Positions 1 to 9,488 of a DNA stretch of 64,000 nucleotides are shown here, piece by piece. Source of the DNA: Gemmatimonadota bacterium (GTDB lineage: Bacteria > JBHIER01 > G020348925); the NCBI GenBank assembly GCA_020348925.1, contig CP070758.1, positions 2,619,688-2,683,687 on the forward strand, in the 5' to 3' direction. Within the stretch, counting starts at the first letter, position 1. The number at the start of each line of letters is the position of its first letter. Made by a program: the position numbers and the translations under genes. The notes beneath the pieces were generated by a model that was not told where the DNA came from, searched no databases, and saw only the letters and a list, made by a program, of their open reading frames with translations.

Positions 1-107
1 TAGAAGGAGTTCGTGAAGAGAGAGATCCAACCGTATTTGCTCCCGACGTACTTGTACCACCGGCCTTCAAATTCACCGAAGCGGAGACCCAGGACTTCGG
101 TTAAGGC

Positions 108-815
108 TCAGACAATATCTCCGGTTTTGGCTAAGGTTCGAACGATGTCATGAAATTTCTCGAGGCCGTATTCTTTAATAAGATAGGAAACTGCCAGAAG
201 GCTCTGTGCGTAAGCCAACTGGGCCTTTTCGCGATTGAAGGACAGGACGTAATCAATGCGTTTCAATGGTATGATGGAGCGTGTGAAAACGGCCTTGGCC
301 ATGATGAAACTCTGATTGAAGTCCCATTCGTGAGATTCGTACATGGCCAAACCTTCGTCGAACCAGCGGGGAGCTCTTTTGCCGCGGAGTGCTTGACCGA
401 GGACGACGTGGGTGAGCTCATGAACGGCTATCTGATTGAGCCTGCCCCCGGAAACCGTTTCGGGCTCGGCTTTGAGAACAATGAGCCATGAATCCGGAAA
501 GGCGCACCCGATACCCCAGTCGGGCAGTGCGTTGCGAGTCAAAGTTTGAAATTCTCGGTCTGAAATAGTGATGTAAACCCGAATTTGTTGTTGTACTGTA
601 TACCCGATATCCATGGTCACGAGGGGGTATGCTTTTTCAAGGGAGTGCAGCACCGATTCGGCAAGTGTTTCGTTTTTTGGGTGATGTTGAATGACGAAAT
701 GATCGGATCTTTTTTCCTCCCAGGCACAGAGAATAAGATGAGTACCGCTCCCAAACAGAAAGAGGAACAGAAAGAACATGGTTCTTATGACGGAGGACTT
801 TCGTTTGTTTGGCAT
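108..815 (-). CDS. Peptidase MA family zinc metalloprotease (signal/TM N-terminus); probably interrupted by an in-frame TGA at 108-110 and continuing past the window start
   Basis: HELTH motif, then PRWFDEGLA and AYAQS motifs; frame stays open after the TGA (ALTEVLGLRFGEFEGRWYKY...). Start uncertain (ORF extends to 974). Confidence 0.75.
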   Translation of the reverse strand: MPNKRKSSVIRTMFFLFLFLFGSGTHLILCAWEEKRSDHFVIQHHPKNETLAESVLHSLEKAYPLVTMDIGYTVQQQIRVYITISDREFQTLTRNALPDWGIGCAFPDSWLIVLKAEPETVSGGRLNQIAVHELTHVVLGQALRGKRAPRWFDEGLAMYESHEWDFNQSFIMAKAVFTRSIIPLKRIDYVLSFNREKAQLAYAQSLLAVSYLIKEYGLEKFHDIVRTLAKTGDIV

Positions 816-987
816 TCTGAGTATCGTGTCGACCACCGAGACAGCATCGGTCCTTGCTTCGTGGTAAAAGCCGGGAGCGCCTGAAACGGATCCCTCGATT
901 CGGCGTCGTCGAGGCTGAACGAACTGCGGTCTTGGAGTCACGTTCACACGTTCAGATTTTTCGAATTTGGACATTGGGTTTCAACGC

Positions 988-2148
988 TCACGCAGCCGTG
1001 GCTGCATTGTCGATGATGCCACCGCCGATAACGACGTCACCGTTGTACAAGACGACAGATTGACCGGGCGTTATGGCTCGTTGTGGTTCGTCAAAGTGAA
1101 GGGATATTCTATCATCAATTATCGGATTGACTAAGGTCTTGGCTGGATGATGGCGATATCGTATTTTGGCCGTACATCGCAGAGGCTCTTTCAGGTGAGG
1201 TATCGCTATCCAGTTGAGATGGGTCGCGCTGAGCGTTTGACAGTACAGATCCTCCTCAGAGCCCACATACACTGCGTTTTCTGACGGGTCAATTCTGGTC
1301 ACGTAGAGGGGTCTTCCGGCAGCGATTCCCAATCCTTTCCGCTGCCCCACGGTGTAAAAAGGGTACCCCGAGTGTTCCCCGATAATTTCTCCTGATCGAT
1401 ACTTGATGGGTCCGGTGCTCATTGCTGGGACGGTGCTCATTTCTTTTATGCTCCGTATCTTCAATCGGTTTCCTTGTGCCAGATCCTGAAAGAAGCGTCT
1501 GTAGTTGTTGTCGGGGATAAAACAGATCTCCTGGCTATCACCCTTTTCTGCCACTTTTAAATGGTGTTTCTTCGCTAAGCCTCGAACCTCTTCTTTGGTC
1601 ATGGATCCCAGGGGAAAAAGTGTATGTTGTAATTGATGTTGCGTTAATATCCAGAGAAAATACGATTGGTCCTTGCGTTCGTCTGTTCCGCGTTTCAGGA
1701 GGTATCGTTCATTCTTGGCGTCGGTTTCAATTTGGGCGTAATGTCCTGTCGCAAGAAAAGAAGCTCCCAGTTGTTTTGCTTTTGTCCAGAGTGCCTCCCA
1801 CTTCATTTTTTGATTGCAGATGACGCATGGGTTGGGAGTTCGGCCTGATAGGTATTCGGATACGAAATCTGTGATCACCTCTTTCTCGAATTCCGCTCTC
1901 AGATCCAGGACATAGTGTGGGATGTTCCACGACTGGCATAGGGTTCGTGCATCACTCATCGCCTCAACAGAGCAGCACGCCGTATCGGAGCCTATGTTCC
2001 CCCCGGAGGTCCCGTAGTCCCAGAGGTGCATGGTCACACCGATTACCTCAAATCCCTGTTGCTGCAAGAGAACTGCGGCGAGCGAGCTGTCCACACCGCC
2101 ACTCATGGCCACGACGACGGTGCTGCTTTTGTTTCGGTTGGATGCCAC
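988..2148 (-). CDS. mnmA: tRNA 2-thiouridine(34) synthase
   Basis: AMSGGVDSS, TPNPCVICN, ATGHYA, KDQSYFL, SQEICF, YTVGQRKGLG, TPGQSVVLY motifs. Confidence 0.97.
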   Translation of the reverse strand: MASNRNKSSTVVVAMSGGVDSSLAAVLLQQQGFEVIGVTMHLWDYGTSGGNIGSDTACCSVEAMSDARTLCQSWNIPHYVLDLRAEFEKEVITDFVSEYLSGRTPNPCVICNQKMKWEALWTKAKQLGASFLATGHYAQIETDAKNERYLLKRGTDERKDQSYFLWILTQHQLQHTLFPLGSMTKEEVRGLAKKHHLKVAEKGDSQEICFIPDNNYRRFFQDLAQGNRLKIRSIKEMSTVPAMSTGPIKYRSGEIIGEHSGYPFYTVGQRKGLGIAAGRPLYVTRIDPSENAVYVGSEEDLYCQTLSATHLNWIAIPHLKEPLRCTAKIRYRHHPAKTLVNPIIDDRISLHFDEPQRAITPGQSVVLYNGDVVIGGGIIDNAATAA

Positions 2149-2526
2149 TTACGATTTCTTTTTCCTCTTTTTCTGATAGTCTGCTATGGCGGCGTGCAAT
2201 GCATCGGCGGCCAAATTCGAGCAATGCATTTTTGCCGGAGGAAGGCCGTCGAGGGCTTCTGCGACGACTTTGTTGGAAATGTGCTTGGCTTCCTTGAGGG
2301 TCTTCCCTTTGACGAGCTCGGTCACCATACTGCTCGTGGCAATGGCGGCACCACACCCGAAGGTCTTGAACTTGGCGTCGACGATTTTTCCCTTCGTAAC
2401 CTTGATGGAGAGCTGCATCACATCGCCGCAGACAGGGTTGCCGATCTTGCCAACACCATCGGGGTGAGAGATCTCACCCACATTTCTCGGATTCATGAAG
2501 TGGTCCATCACTTTTTCGCTATACAT
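2149..2526 (-). CDS. nifU: Fe-S cluster scaffold protein, NifU/IscU type
   Basis: MYSEKVMDHFMNPRNVG, NPVCGD, FKTFGCGAAIATSS, KMHCSNL. Confidence 0.95.
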   Translation of the reverse strand: MYSEKVMDHFMNPRNVGEISHPDGVGKIGNPVCGDVMQLSIKVTKGKIVDAKFKTFGCGAAIATSSMVTELVKGKTLKEAKHISNKVVAEALDGLPPAKMHCSNLAADALHAAIADYQKKRKKKS

Positions 2527-2547
2527 GTGTCCTCCAATTCAGGATTA

Positions 2548-3575
2548 CTATTTCAAAGTTCTCTGTTCAAGTTGTCTGAGAACGAAATCTCAAATCTTTT
2601 GAGGGTCAGGCAATGTATCAATAAGCGTACCTTCTTTGGCCACAGGCTTGTCTTCGATTTCAACAATATCCAGACTGAAATTGATGACCGGTGCATTGCT
2701 CAGACCTGTTCCAACTCCGTCGGCGTCAGCGACCGAATTGAGCCTGAAGATTTCGAATTCATCGATTCCGCCGCTGACGAAGAGTTTGACTTTGTTGAAT
2801 CCGCGCAGATCAAGTTTCCATCGTACTTCCTGAAGCAAACTCAACATGTCACCACGCCTGGACTCGGGTGTATCCAGACGGATTCCCAAAATGCGTGTAC
2901 CCATGGCTTCGGCGACGTGCAGCGCCTCGTACTTCTCGTCTTGAAAGGTATCGATGGGTACCACTCGCTTGATCCATGGATCGATAACTCTATCGAAGGC
3001 CTTAACTGCATCGATTGTACTGCCCAGGAGGAGGATGAGGGCGTGAGGCATGGTTCCTGCCGGTTCTTCATCGAGCAATTCGCCGAATTTTGTGACGGCA
3101 ATTCCTCGCACCCTCCGATAAAAGCGCTGTGCTCAATCATGGAAGCAATGGCAGGATGCAATCGTCGGGCGCCGAAGCTGATGACACTTTTGGATCCAGC
3201 GGCTTTTTTGCATCGGGCTGCACGGGTAGGAATACCGATAGCTTGACACGGGAGTCCGAGAAGTGCCGTCACGAATTGGCCGAAATGTATATATCGTCCG
3301 CTCAGTACCATAACCGGTTCCCAAGCAGCGAACAAGGTTCCTTCGGCGAGGATCTCAATATCAACGGGGGTTCCGTCAAAGATCTTGGCTCCTTCTTTGA
3401 TGACCGCCAGTCCGGCAAAATGATACCTCCTCGGCAAACTCGCAGCCCGGACCTCCATCACCACGCGGGATGTCTTCCCCGTCTCTTCCAGAATCTTGAG
3501 GGTTCGTTCACAGTAAATGTCGGTGATTTTTCCAGATTTAATCTCTTTATCTGATGCCGTGTGAAAGAAGTTCAT
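2548..3575 (-). pseudogene. pncB: Nicotinate phosphoribosyltransferase pseudogene (frameshift near 3105, nonsense TGA at 2590-2592, probably shortened C-terminus)
   Basis: SFGARRLHP..AFIGGC in one frame; GTMPHAL, PIDTF, IRLDTP, VSGGIDE, GVGT in the next; homolog-like tail PQKI*DFVLRQL continues past the stop. Confidence 0.85.
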
Positions 3576-3614
3576 CTCAAATGTGTCGTTGGAATTCGCT
3601 GTGCGTTACAGCCC

Positions 3615-4775
3615 TTATACTGCTTGCATTGGTGACATGGCTCGAAGTCTTTCGATGATTTCCGGCAAAACTTGGACGACGTAGTCCACGTCCCTCTTCG
3701 CATTCTCTCGACCCAAACTAAAGCGGATCGATCCTTGAGCGAGTTCTGAGGAAAGCCCCATGGCCGCAAGGACATGTGACGGCTCCAGGGCACCGGAAGT
3801 ACACGCCGAACCACTCGAGACCGCTATACCTTTTAAGTCAAGACTGAGGACAATCGATTCTCCCTCGATGCCAGCAAAGGAGACGTTCAGTGTTCCGGGA
3901 AGTCTTTTCATGGGATGGCCGTTCAAATGAATATGTTCAATTTTTTCCGCTAATCGATCCATGAGTGTATCGCGTAATTCGGATATATTTTTCGCTTCGG
4001 ATTCCATTGAGTCCATGGCAATTTGTATCGCTTTTCCGAGCCCAACGATCCCAGCGACATTTTCTGTCCCTGCGCGTCGGTTCCGTTCGTGACTGCCACC
4101 GTGAAACAGCGGTGTGATTCGTTTCCCCTTTCGAATGTAAAGGGCACCGATCCCTTTCGGGCCATAAAGTTTATGTCCGGATAGAGACAGGAGATCGACG
4201 TTGACGTCATTCACATCTACGGGAATTTTTCCGAAAGATTGGACTGCATCCGTGTGGAAAGATACTCCTTTCTCTCTGCAGATAGCACCGATCTCCTTGA
4301 TGGGCTGGAGAGAACCGACCTCATTGTTGGCATGCATGATGGTCACAAGTATTGTGTGCTCAGTGATCGCCTCCGCGACGGCATCAGGATCAACCATGCC
4401 ATTCCTATCCACAGAGACATACGTTACTCGAAATCCCTCTTTCTCTAAAGACTGACAAGTATGGAGAACTGCATGATGCTCGATCTTCGAAGAGACGATA
4501 TGGTGATCATCCTTGCCGTTGACATGGACTGAGCCTTTGATGGCCAAGTTGTCCGACTCCGTTCCACCAGAGGTGAAGAAGATCTCACTCGGCTTCGCGC
4601 CTAAACTGTGTGCAACAATCTCTCTGGCCTCATCTACGGCGACTCTTGTCTCTCTGCCAAAAAAATGGATGCTCGAAGCATTTCCAAATTTCTCTGTGAG
4701 AAAGGGTCGCATCGTTTCCAACACATCAGGATGAAGAGGTGTCGTCGCATTATGATCCATGTAAATTCGTCTCAT
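3615..4775 (-). CDS. nifS: Cysteine desulfurase, NifS/IscS type
   Basis: YMDHNATTP, FTSGGTESDN, HTDAVQ, SGHKLYGPKG, SSGSACTS. Confidence 0.96.
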   Translation of the reverse strand: MRRIYMDHNATTPLHPDVLETMRPFLTEKFGNASSIHFFGRETRVAVDEAREIVAHSLGAKPSEIFFTSGGTESDNLAIKGSVHVNGKDDHHIVSSKIEHHAVLHTCQSLEKEGFRVTYVSVDRNGMVDPDAVAEAITEHTILVTIMHANNEVGSLQPIKEIGAICREKGVSFHTDAVQSFGKIPVDVNDVNVDLLSLSGHKLYGPKGIGALYIRKGKRITPLFHGGSHERNRRAGTENVAGIVGLGKAIQIAMDSMESEAKNISELRDTLMDRLAEKIEHIHLNGHPMKRLPGTLNVSFAGIEGESIVLSLDLKGIAVSSGSACTSGALEPSHVLAAMGLSSELAQGSIRFSLGRENAKRDVDYVVQVLPEIIERLRAMSPMQAV

Positions 4776-4805
4776 TTAATTTTCCTCCGCTTCTGAACGA
4801 TGCAT

Positions 4806-5732
4806 CTAACCTTGGAAAAGATCTGTGCTCAAGTAACGTTCTCCTGTATCGCACACAATAACGACAACGGTATGTCCTCTGCCCAATTCTTGAGCCACAC
4901 GTTGTGCCGCCCAAACATTTGCTCCCGAAGAGATACCGGCCAACAGGCCTTCCTCTTCGGCCAATTTTCTTGCAGTGGTGGCTGCATCTTCATTTGTAAC
5001 TTGGATGACTCTGTCAAGAATATCTCTGTTTAATATATCAGGGATGAATCCAGCACCAATTCCCTGTATTTTATGAGAACCGGGTTTCCCACCCGACAGG
5101 ACAGGAGAATCTGCGGGCTCGACAGCAACGATCTGTATGTCTTCGATCTCCTTTTTTAAAACTTCTCCCACACCAGTAACGGTTCCGCCCGTACCTACTC
5201 CAGCGATAAATGCATGAATATTATTTCCGACTTGATCAAGAATTTCCCGGGCAGTGGTTTTGCGATGTATATCAGGATTGGCAGGATTTTGAAATTGTTG
5301 CGGCATAAAGACGTTTTTGCTTTGGGAAGCAATCTCCTGTGCTTTCTTCACTGCGCCAGACATTCCTTCGGCTCCGGGGGTTAATACAATCTCGGCACCA
5401 TACGCCTTCAGAAGTTTTCTTCGCTCGATGCTCATTGTTTCGGGCATCGTCAGAATAAGATTGTATCCTTTGCACGCGGCTACCAGAGCTAAGCCAATAC
5501 CGGTGTTTCCGCTGGTGGGTTCCACTATGGTTGTTTCAGGCGTCAAGAGTCCATTTTTTTCAGCCTCTGAAATCATGTTCAAAGCAATCCGATCTTTGAC
5601 GCTCCCACCAGGATTGAACGATTCGAGTTTGGCCCACACAAGCGCATCGCCCTTGCCAGTCATTCTATTCAACTTCACGACAGGAGTCGAACCTATCAGG
5701 TCCAAAATGGAATGAGCCGATTTAGATGCCAC
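4806..5732 (-). CDS. cysK: Cysteine synthase A
   Basis: [51 protein letters not shown]. Confidence 0.96.
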   Translation of the reverse strand: MASKSAHSILDLIGSTPVVKLNRMTGKGDALVWAKLESFNPGGSVKDRIALNMISEAEKNGLLTPETTIVEPTSGNTGIGLALVAACKGYNLILTMPETMSIERRKLLKAYGAEIVLTPGAEGMSGAVKKAQEIASQSKNVFMPQQFQNPANPDIHRKTTAREILDQVGNNIHAFIAGVGTGGTVTGVGEVLKKEIEDIQIVAVEPADSPVLSGGKPGSHKIQGIGAGFIPDILNRDILDRVIQVTNEDAATTARKLAEEEGLLAGISSGANVWAAQRVAQELGRGHTVVVIVCDTGERYLSTDLFQG

Positions 5733-5913
5733 AGGGAATTCCTTTCTGTTATGGGTTCAACTTCTTTTATTCGATCGATTCATCTCTCAATTCGGGCAAT
5801 CGTTATGTTGCTGTTCTTTCGATTTCAACTCTTTCAGAGATTTTCAAAAATCCGGGATTGAACCTGGACGAAGATTGCGTTCAAGTCTTGCTCGATCTCG
5901 TAATTTCAACACC

Positions 5914-6357
5914 TCAACATGTATCGATAAGGCAGTCGATTGTTTTCATCTCTCTGCTCAGATCTGCAAGAGTGATGCTATTTAAAACGTCTTCAATTTT
6001 ATTGCTGATCCGTTTCCACATCAGGCGGACCACGCAGTCATCAACGTGCTCACACGCTTCCTTCATAAGGGACTCATCAATACATTTCGCCAGAGCGATC
6101 GGTCCTTCAAGAATGCGGACAATATCGCCGACACTGATCTCCGATGGCTTTTTGGCCAGAACATATCCACCGCCCGGACCTCGCACACTTTGAATGAGAC
6201 CACTCCGACGGAGTTTGGAAAGAAGCTGCTCCAGGTAATGGACCGAGAGATGCTGCCGTTCTGAGATCGTTCTGATGGCGATGGGCCCTTTGCCATATTC
6301 CTTGGCTATTTCGAACATGGCCCGAAGACCATATCTCCCCTTCGTTGTAAGTCTCAT
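5914..6357 (-). CDS. Rrf2 family transcriptional regulator (IscR-like, three C-terminal Cys)
   Basis: TTKGRYGLRAM, YLEQL, SVRGPGGGY, C-X9-C-X5-C; heads the cysK-nifS-nifU operon. Confidence 0.92.
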   Translation of the reverse strand: MRLTTKGRYGLRAMFEIAKEYGKGPIAIRTISERQHLSVHYLEQLLSKLRRSGLIQSVRGPGGGYVLAKKPSEISVGDIVRILEGPIALAKCIDESLMKEACEHVDDCVVRLMWKRISNKIEDVLNSITLADLSREMKTIDCLIDTC

Positions 6358-6381
6358 AACCGCCTCCTTAAAAGAACCTGA

Positions 6382-6413
6382 AATATAATTAATCTGACAA
6401 TTTTTATCAAGAT
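6382..6413 (-). promoter_or_regulatory. Sigma70 promoter overlapped by a putative Rrf2 autoregulatory operator
   Basis: Minus strand TTGATA-17-TATATT; imperfect palindrome ATCTTGAT-AAAAATT-GTCAGATT covers the -35 and spacer. Confidence 0.65.
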
Positions 6414-6640
6414 AAATTTGCAGGACATGATTTCGGTCGATCCAACGACCGTCTCGAAAAAGAACATCAAGAAACTGTTTTCAGATCACTTGTACAATAG
6501 AATATAAATATATTATAAACAATATCTAATGTTTCGGCGGTTGATGACATCACGGGGCGGACTTCATCCCACTGATACTCTCCGAGCCTCGTTGAAAAAT
6601 GATCCCAATCTCTGAACGGACCTCCATTTGGTCGCTCACT

Positions 6641-6699
6641 GCTCAAGAGGGTCGATCAGACCCTCTTGAGCTTCGCGATCCTTAGCCTTCGCGGATCGC
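6641..6699. repeat. Two intergenic hairpins (REP/MITE-like)
   Basis: Perfect 13-bp inverted repeat GCTCAAGAGGGTC/GACCCTCTTGAGC (6641-6671) and GCGATCC/GGATCGC (6675-6699). Confidence 0.55.
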
Positions 6700-7030
6700 T
6701 CCGCTGTCACTCATGAAGGGGACTTACTTCTTTCAAACGACCCACACCGCTTCAAAAGTTTGTAGAATTTCCCAGCGGTCCGGTTTATGAGAGTTCCCGT
6801 GAAACTTAATGCTGCTTGATGTTTTCTAATTACTGAGGTGATGCGATGAGTCAAAAGTAAATGAGACTGTATGACATATGAGACTCGGGAGTAAAAGAGG
6901 AGAGGTGTCCCAGTGAATTTTCCAGAACTATTGGACTCAGAGGGGAATATTTTCTTGTGGAGGCCCGAATGATACCCAAATTGATGCATACAAACCAAAA
7001 AAAATATCTTGAAAAAGGTATATTTTTTCC

Positions 7031-7060
7031 TTGACAAAACTGGTTGTTAAATAATATATT
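7031..7060 (+). promoter_or_regulatory. Putative sigma70 promoter of the cohesin gene cluster
   Basis: TTGACA-18-TATATT upstream of RBS AGGAGG and GTG at 7134. Confidence 0.55.
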
Positions 7061-7133
7061 GTGTTATTGTATTGTGCGGTATTTTTATCGCATGTACCGC
7101 TTAGAGAAAATGTCTTTTTAGGAGGATAGATTC

Positions 7134-7922
7134 GTGAGTCTTAAAATGTATTTGACGATTGCACTGGGGATCTGTGTAACGGTCTTCACAGGATCGCTCT
7201 GTGCCAGTACAGAGCAACCATCCCAAGATCTCAAAGCAGCTCAAATATTTACAGGTGATGCGCTTTCCTTTGAAGCAGGAACGCATATTGAGGTTCCGAT
7301 AGTCCTGACTACAACGAAGTCCTTGGCTGGTATTCAGATATCCTTAGAATACAATGGTGATATTATGACCCCGGGAGAACCTGTCCCAACCGAGCGGACG
7401 GCCGGTATGTCCGTCGCTCATAATATTACCGATGATAAGATTCTTATTTTACTGTATGATGTCACAGGGAAAACCATCAGCCCAGGAAACGATCCGGTTT
7501 TAACGCTCCCCTTTTCTATTGCTCAAAATGCGGAAGGTCGCAGTGAGTTGGTCTTTCGCGAAGTAATCCTCGCCGATGAAGGAGCAAACGCAGTACCTGC
7601 CGAAGTGAAGTCAACACCGATCACTTTTGAAAAAGCCCTTCCCACCGAATATGGTCTTGTTCAAAACTATCCCAATCCGTTCAATCCGGAGACGGTCATT
7701 GCCTATCAGCTCCCTGAAGAATCTCATGTAACTCTCACTGTTTATAACGTGTTGGGTCAAGAGATTCGCAGACTGACGGACGAACGACAGTCCGGGGGAT
7801 TTTATCAAATTGTCTGGGACGGGAAAAATGAATTCGGCAAAGATGTTTCGACGGGAGTATACTTTTACCGACTGCAGGCGGGTGGCTTCAAGAGTGTAAA
7901 AAAGATGATGATGCTCAAATAG
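7134..7922 (+). CDS. Secreted single-cohesin protein with FlgD/T9SS-A-like CTD
   Basis: Signal peptide; cohesin-like pattern EVPIVL..LAGIQISLEYN..PTERT..ISPG..VLTLPF; CTD QNYPNPFNP..WDG..GVYFY..KKMMMLK. Confidence 0.8.
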   Translation: MSLKMYLTIALGICVTVFTGSLCASTEQPSQDLKAAQIFTGDALSFEAGTHIEVPIVLTTTKSLAGIQISLEYNGDIMTPGEPVPTERTAGMSVAHNITDDKILILLYDVTGKTISPGNDPVLTLPFSIAQNAEGRSELVFREVILADEGANAVPAEVKSTPITFEKALPTEYGLVQNYPNPFNPETVIAYQLPEESHVTLTVYNVLGQEIRRLTDERQSGGFYQIVWDGKNEFGKDVSTGVYFYRLQAGGFKSVKKMMMLK

Positions 7923-8117
7923 GAATTGAGGGCATGTCCGATGTAAGGAAATCAATAAATAGGATTATGTTTAATCTTATCGACGTTCATTGAACAGGAG
8001 GGGGTGATCTTTCGAAAAAGAGTTTCCGTAGAAGGGTGTTCAAAAACCCATCATTTTCATTGTTGTACCGTCCGTTGTTTGAAAAGTTGAATCCTGTTTA
8101 GTTAAAGGAGGTTATAA

Positions 8118-9341
8118 ATGCGTGTGAAGACTTTTATTGTTTTAACGGTCTTTGTAGTGATGAGTGCAGTCTGCGGGTACGCGCAGGAAGCTATTCTGGC
8201 AATCGATGGTGAACCGTGTGCGGATGCTGGGGCGACTGGAATCGAGGTCAGCATCACTTTGGACAATAGCGCTATCGAAGACGATGTGGCCGGATTTCAG
8301 TTTGATCTCAATTTTGACAAGAGCGCTCTAACAAAAACCGATGTCGCTAAGACACCACGCTCAGAAGATCTTGCTATTTTTTCGACGAGCGACACCGATG
8401 ACGGCATTCGAGTTGTTGCGACGGGTATCGGGCAAACCATTTCAGATGTTACGGGAGCTATAGCTATTGTTACTTTCGATGTGGATGCCGGAGCTTCCGG
8501 TGATTACGACCTCACCTTTGTCAATCCGAAAGTGGCCAATCCTGCAGCCCAGGCCCTTCCACTCTCGGTTGTCGATGGCGTGTTTTCCGTGCCCTGTGGT
8601 GGGGGAGGAGGGGATGAGGCCATATTAGCGGTTGAGGACGCTTGCGGAGACCCGGGGCAAACAGGGGTTGAGGTGAACATCACCCTGGATAACAGCGCTC
8701 TGACTGAGGATGTCGCTGGCTTTCAATTTGATCTCTACTTCGACAAAACAGTGTTGGCCGTGAGCGATATTGTCAAGACAGACCGTACAGAAGATCTCAC
8801 TATTTTTAGTTTCAGCGAGACGGATGATGGATTGAGGTTGGTGGCGACGGGAATAGGTACCATCGTTTCAGGGACAACAGGTGCAATTGCCAAAGCTATC
8901 TTTGATGTGGATGCCGGGGCCGCTGTGGGCGAATATGATCTGACGTTCGTCAATGCGAAAGTTGCCGATCCAGGAGCGAATCCATTGCCAGTTGTTGTTG
9001 TCGATGGGACTTTTTTCGTGCCGTGTGATGCGGTTGAGCTCGTTCGTGAGGACATTGTGCCCACGAACTTTCACTTGACGCAGAACTATCCCAATCCCTT
9101 CAACCCAACAACAAGCTTCGATCTCTCCGTACCGACATCGGAGATGGTTAACGCGGTGATTTACAACGTCATGGGTCAGAAGGTGAGGACGTTGGTCAGC
9201 GAAGAACTTCCTGCTGGCTATTATACACTCACTTGGGATGGGTTGAGCGAACTGGGCATTCCTGTGACAAGCGGTGTTTATTTCTGCCAAGTGAAAGCCG
9301 GAACATTCGGCAGCTCTATCAAGATGCTGTTGTTGAAGTGA
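8118..9341 (+). CDS. Secreted two-cohesin mini-scaffoldin with CTD
   Basis: Signal peptide; two similar modules (EV.ITLDNSA...DVAGFQFDL.FDK...YDLTFVN.KVA.P...VVDG.F.VPC) joined by GGGGG; CTD. Confidence 0.85.
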   Translation: MRVKTFIVLTVFVVMSAVCGYAQEAILAIDGEPCADAGATGIEVSITLDNSAIEDDVAGFQFDLNFDKSALTKTDVAKTPRSEDLAIFSTSDTDDGIRVVATGIGQTISDVTGAIAIVTFDVDAGASGDYDLTFVNPKVANPAAQALPLSVVDGVFSVPCGGGGGDEAILAVEDACGDPGQTGVEVNITLDNSALTEDVAGFQFDLYFDKTVLAVSDIVKTDRTEDLTIFSFSETDDGLRLVATGIGTIVSGTTGAIAKAIFDVDAGAAVGEYDLTFVNAKVADPGANPLPVVVVDGTFFVPCDAVELVREDIVPTNFHLTQNYPNPFNPTTSFDLSVPTSEMVNAVIYNVMGQKVRTLVSEELPAGYYTLTWDGLSELGIPVTSGVYFCQVKAGTFGSSIKMLLLK

Positions 9342-9395
9342 TGTCCATTCGGGGACTTTCAAGTTGAGGCCAATCTCTTGGAATTCTAAGGAGAT

Positions 9396-9432
9396 AACCG
9401 TCGAGGCTTTCTCAATAGCCTCGACGGTTTTT
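9396..9432 (+). terminator. Rho-independent terminator or stabilising stem-loop
   Basis: 13-bp stem AACCGTCGAGGCT/AGCCTCGACGGTT followed by T-run. Confidence 0.8.
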
Positions 9433-9488
9433 GGCAAATAGAGATTTGCGTTGAAAGCAATGCTCTGTAAAAGTAAGGAATCATCGCG

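Noticed and set aside
2590-2592. Sec codon in pncB
   Set aside because: Gene is already frameshifted; position fits Arg (CGA); no redox context
2026-3246. Long antisense ORFs (also 21636-22868, 34499-35461, 37059-38126, 42094-43104)
   Set aside because: Shadows of well-supported genes on the opposite strand, with no motifs
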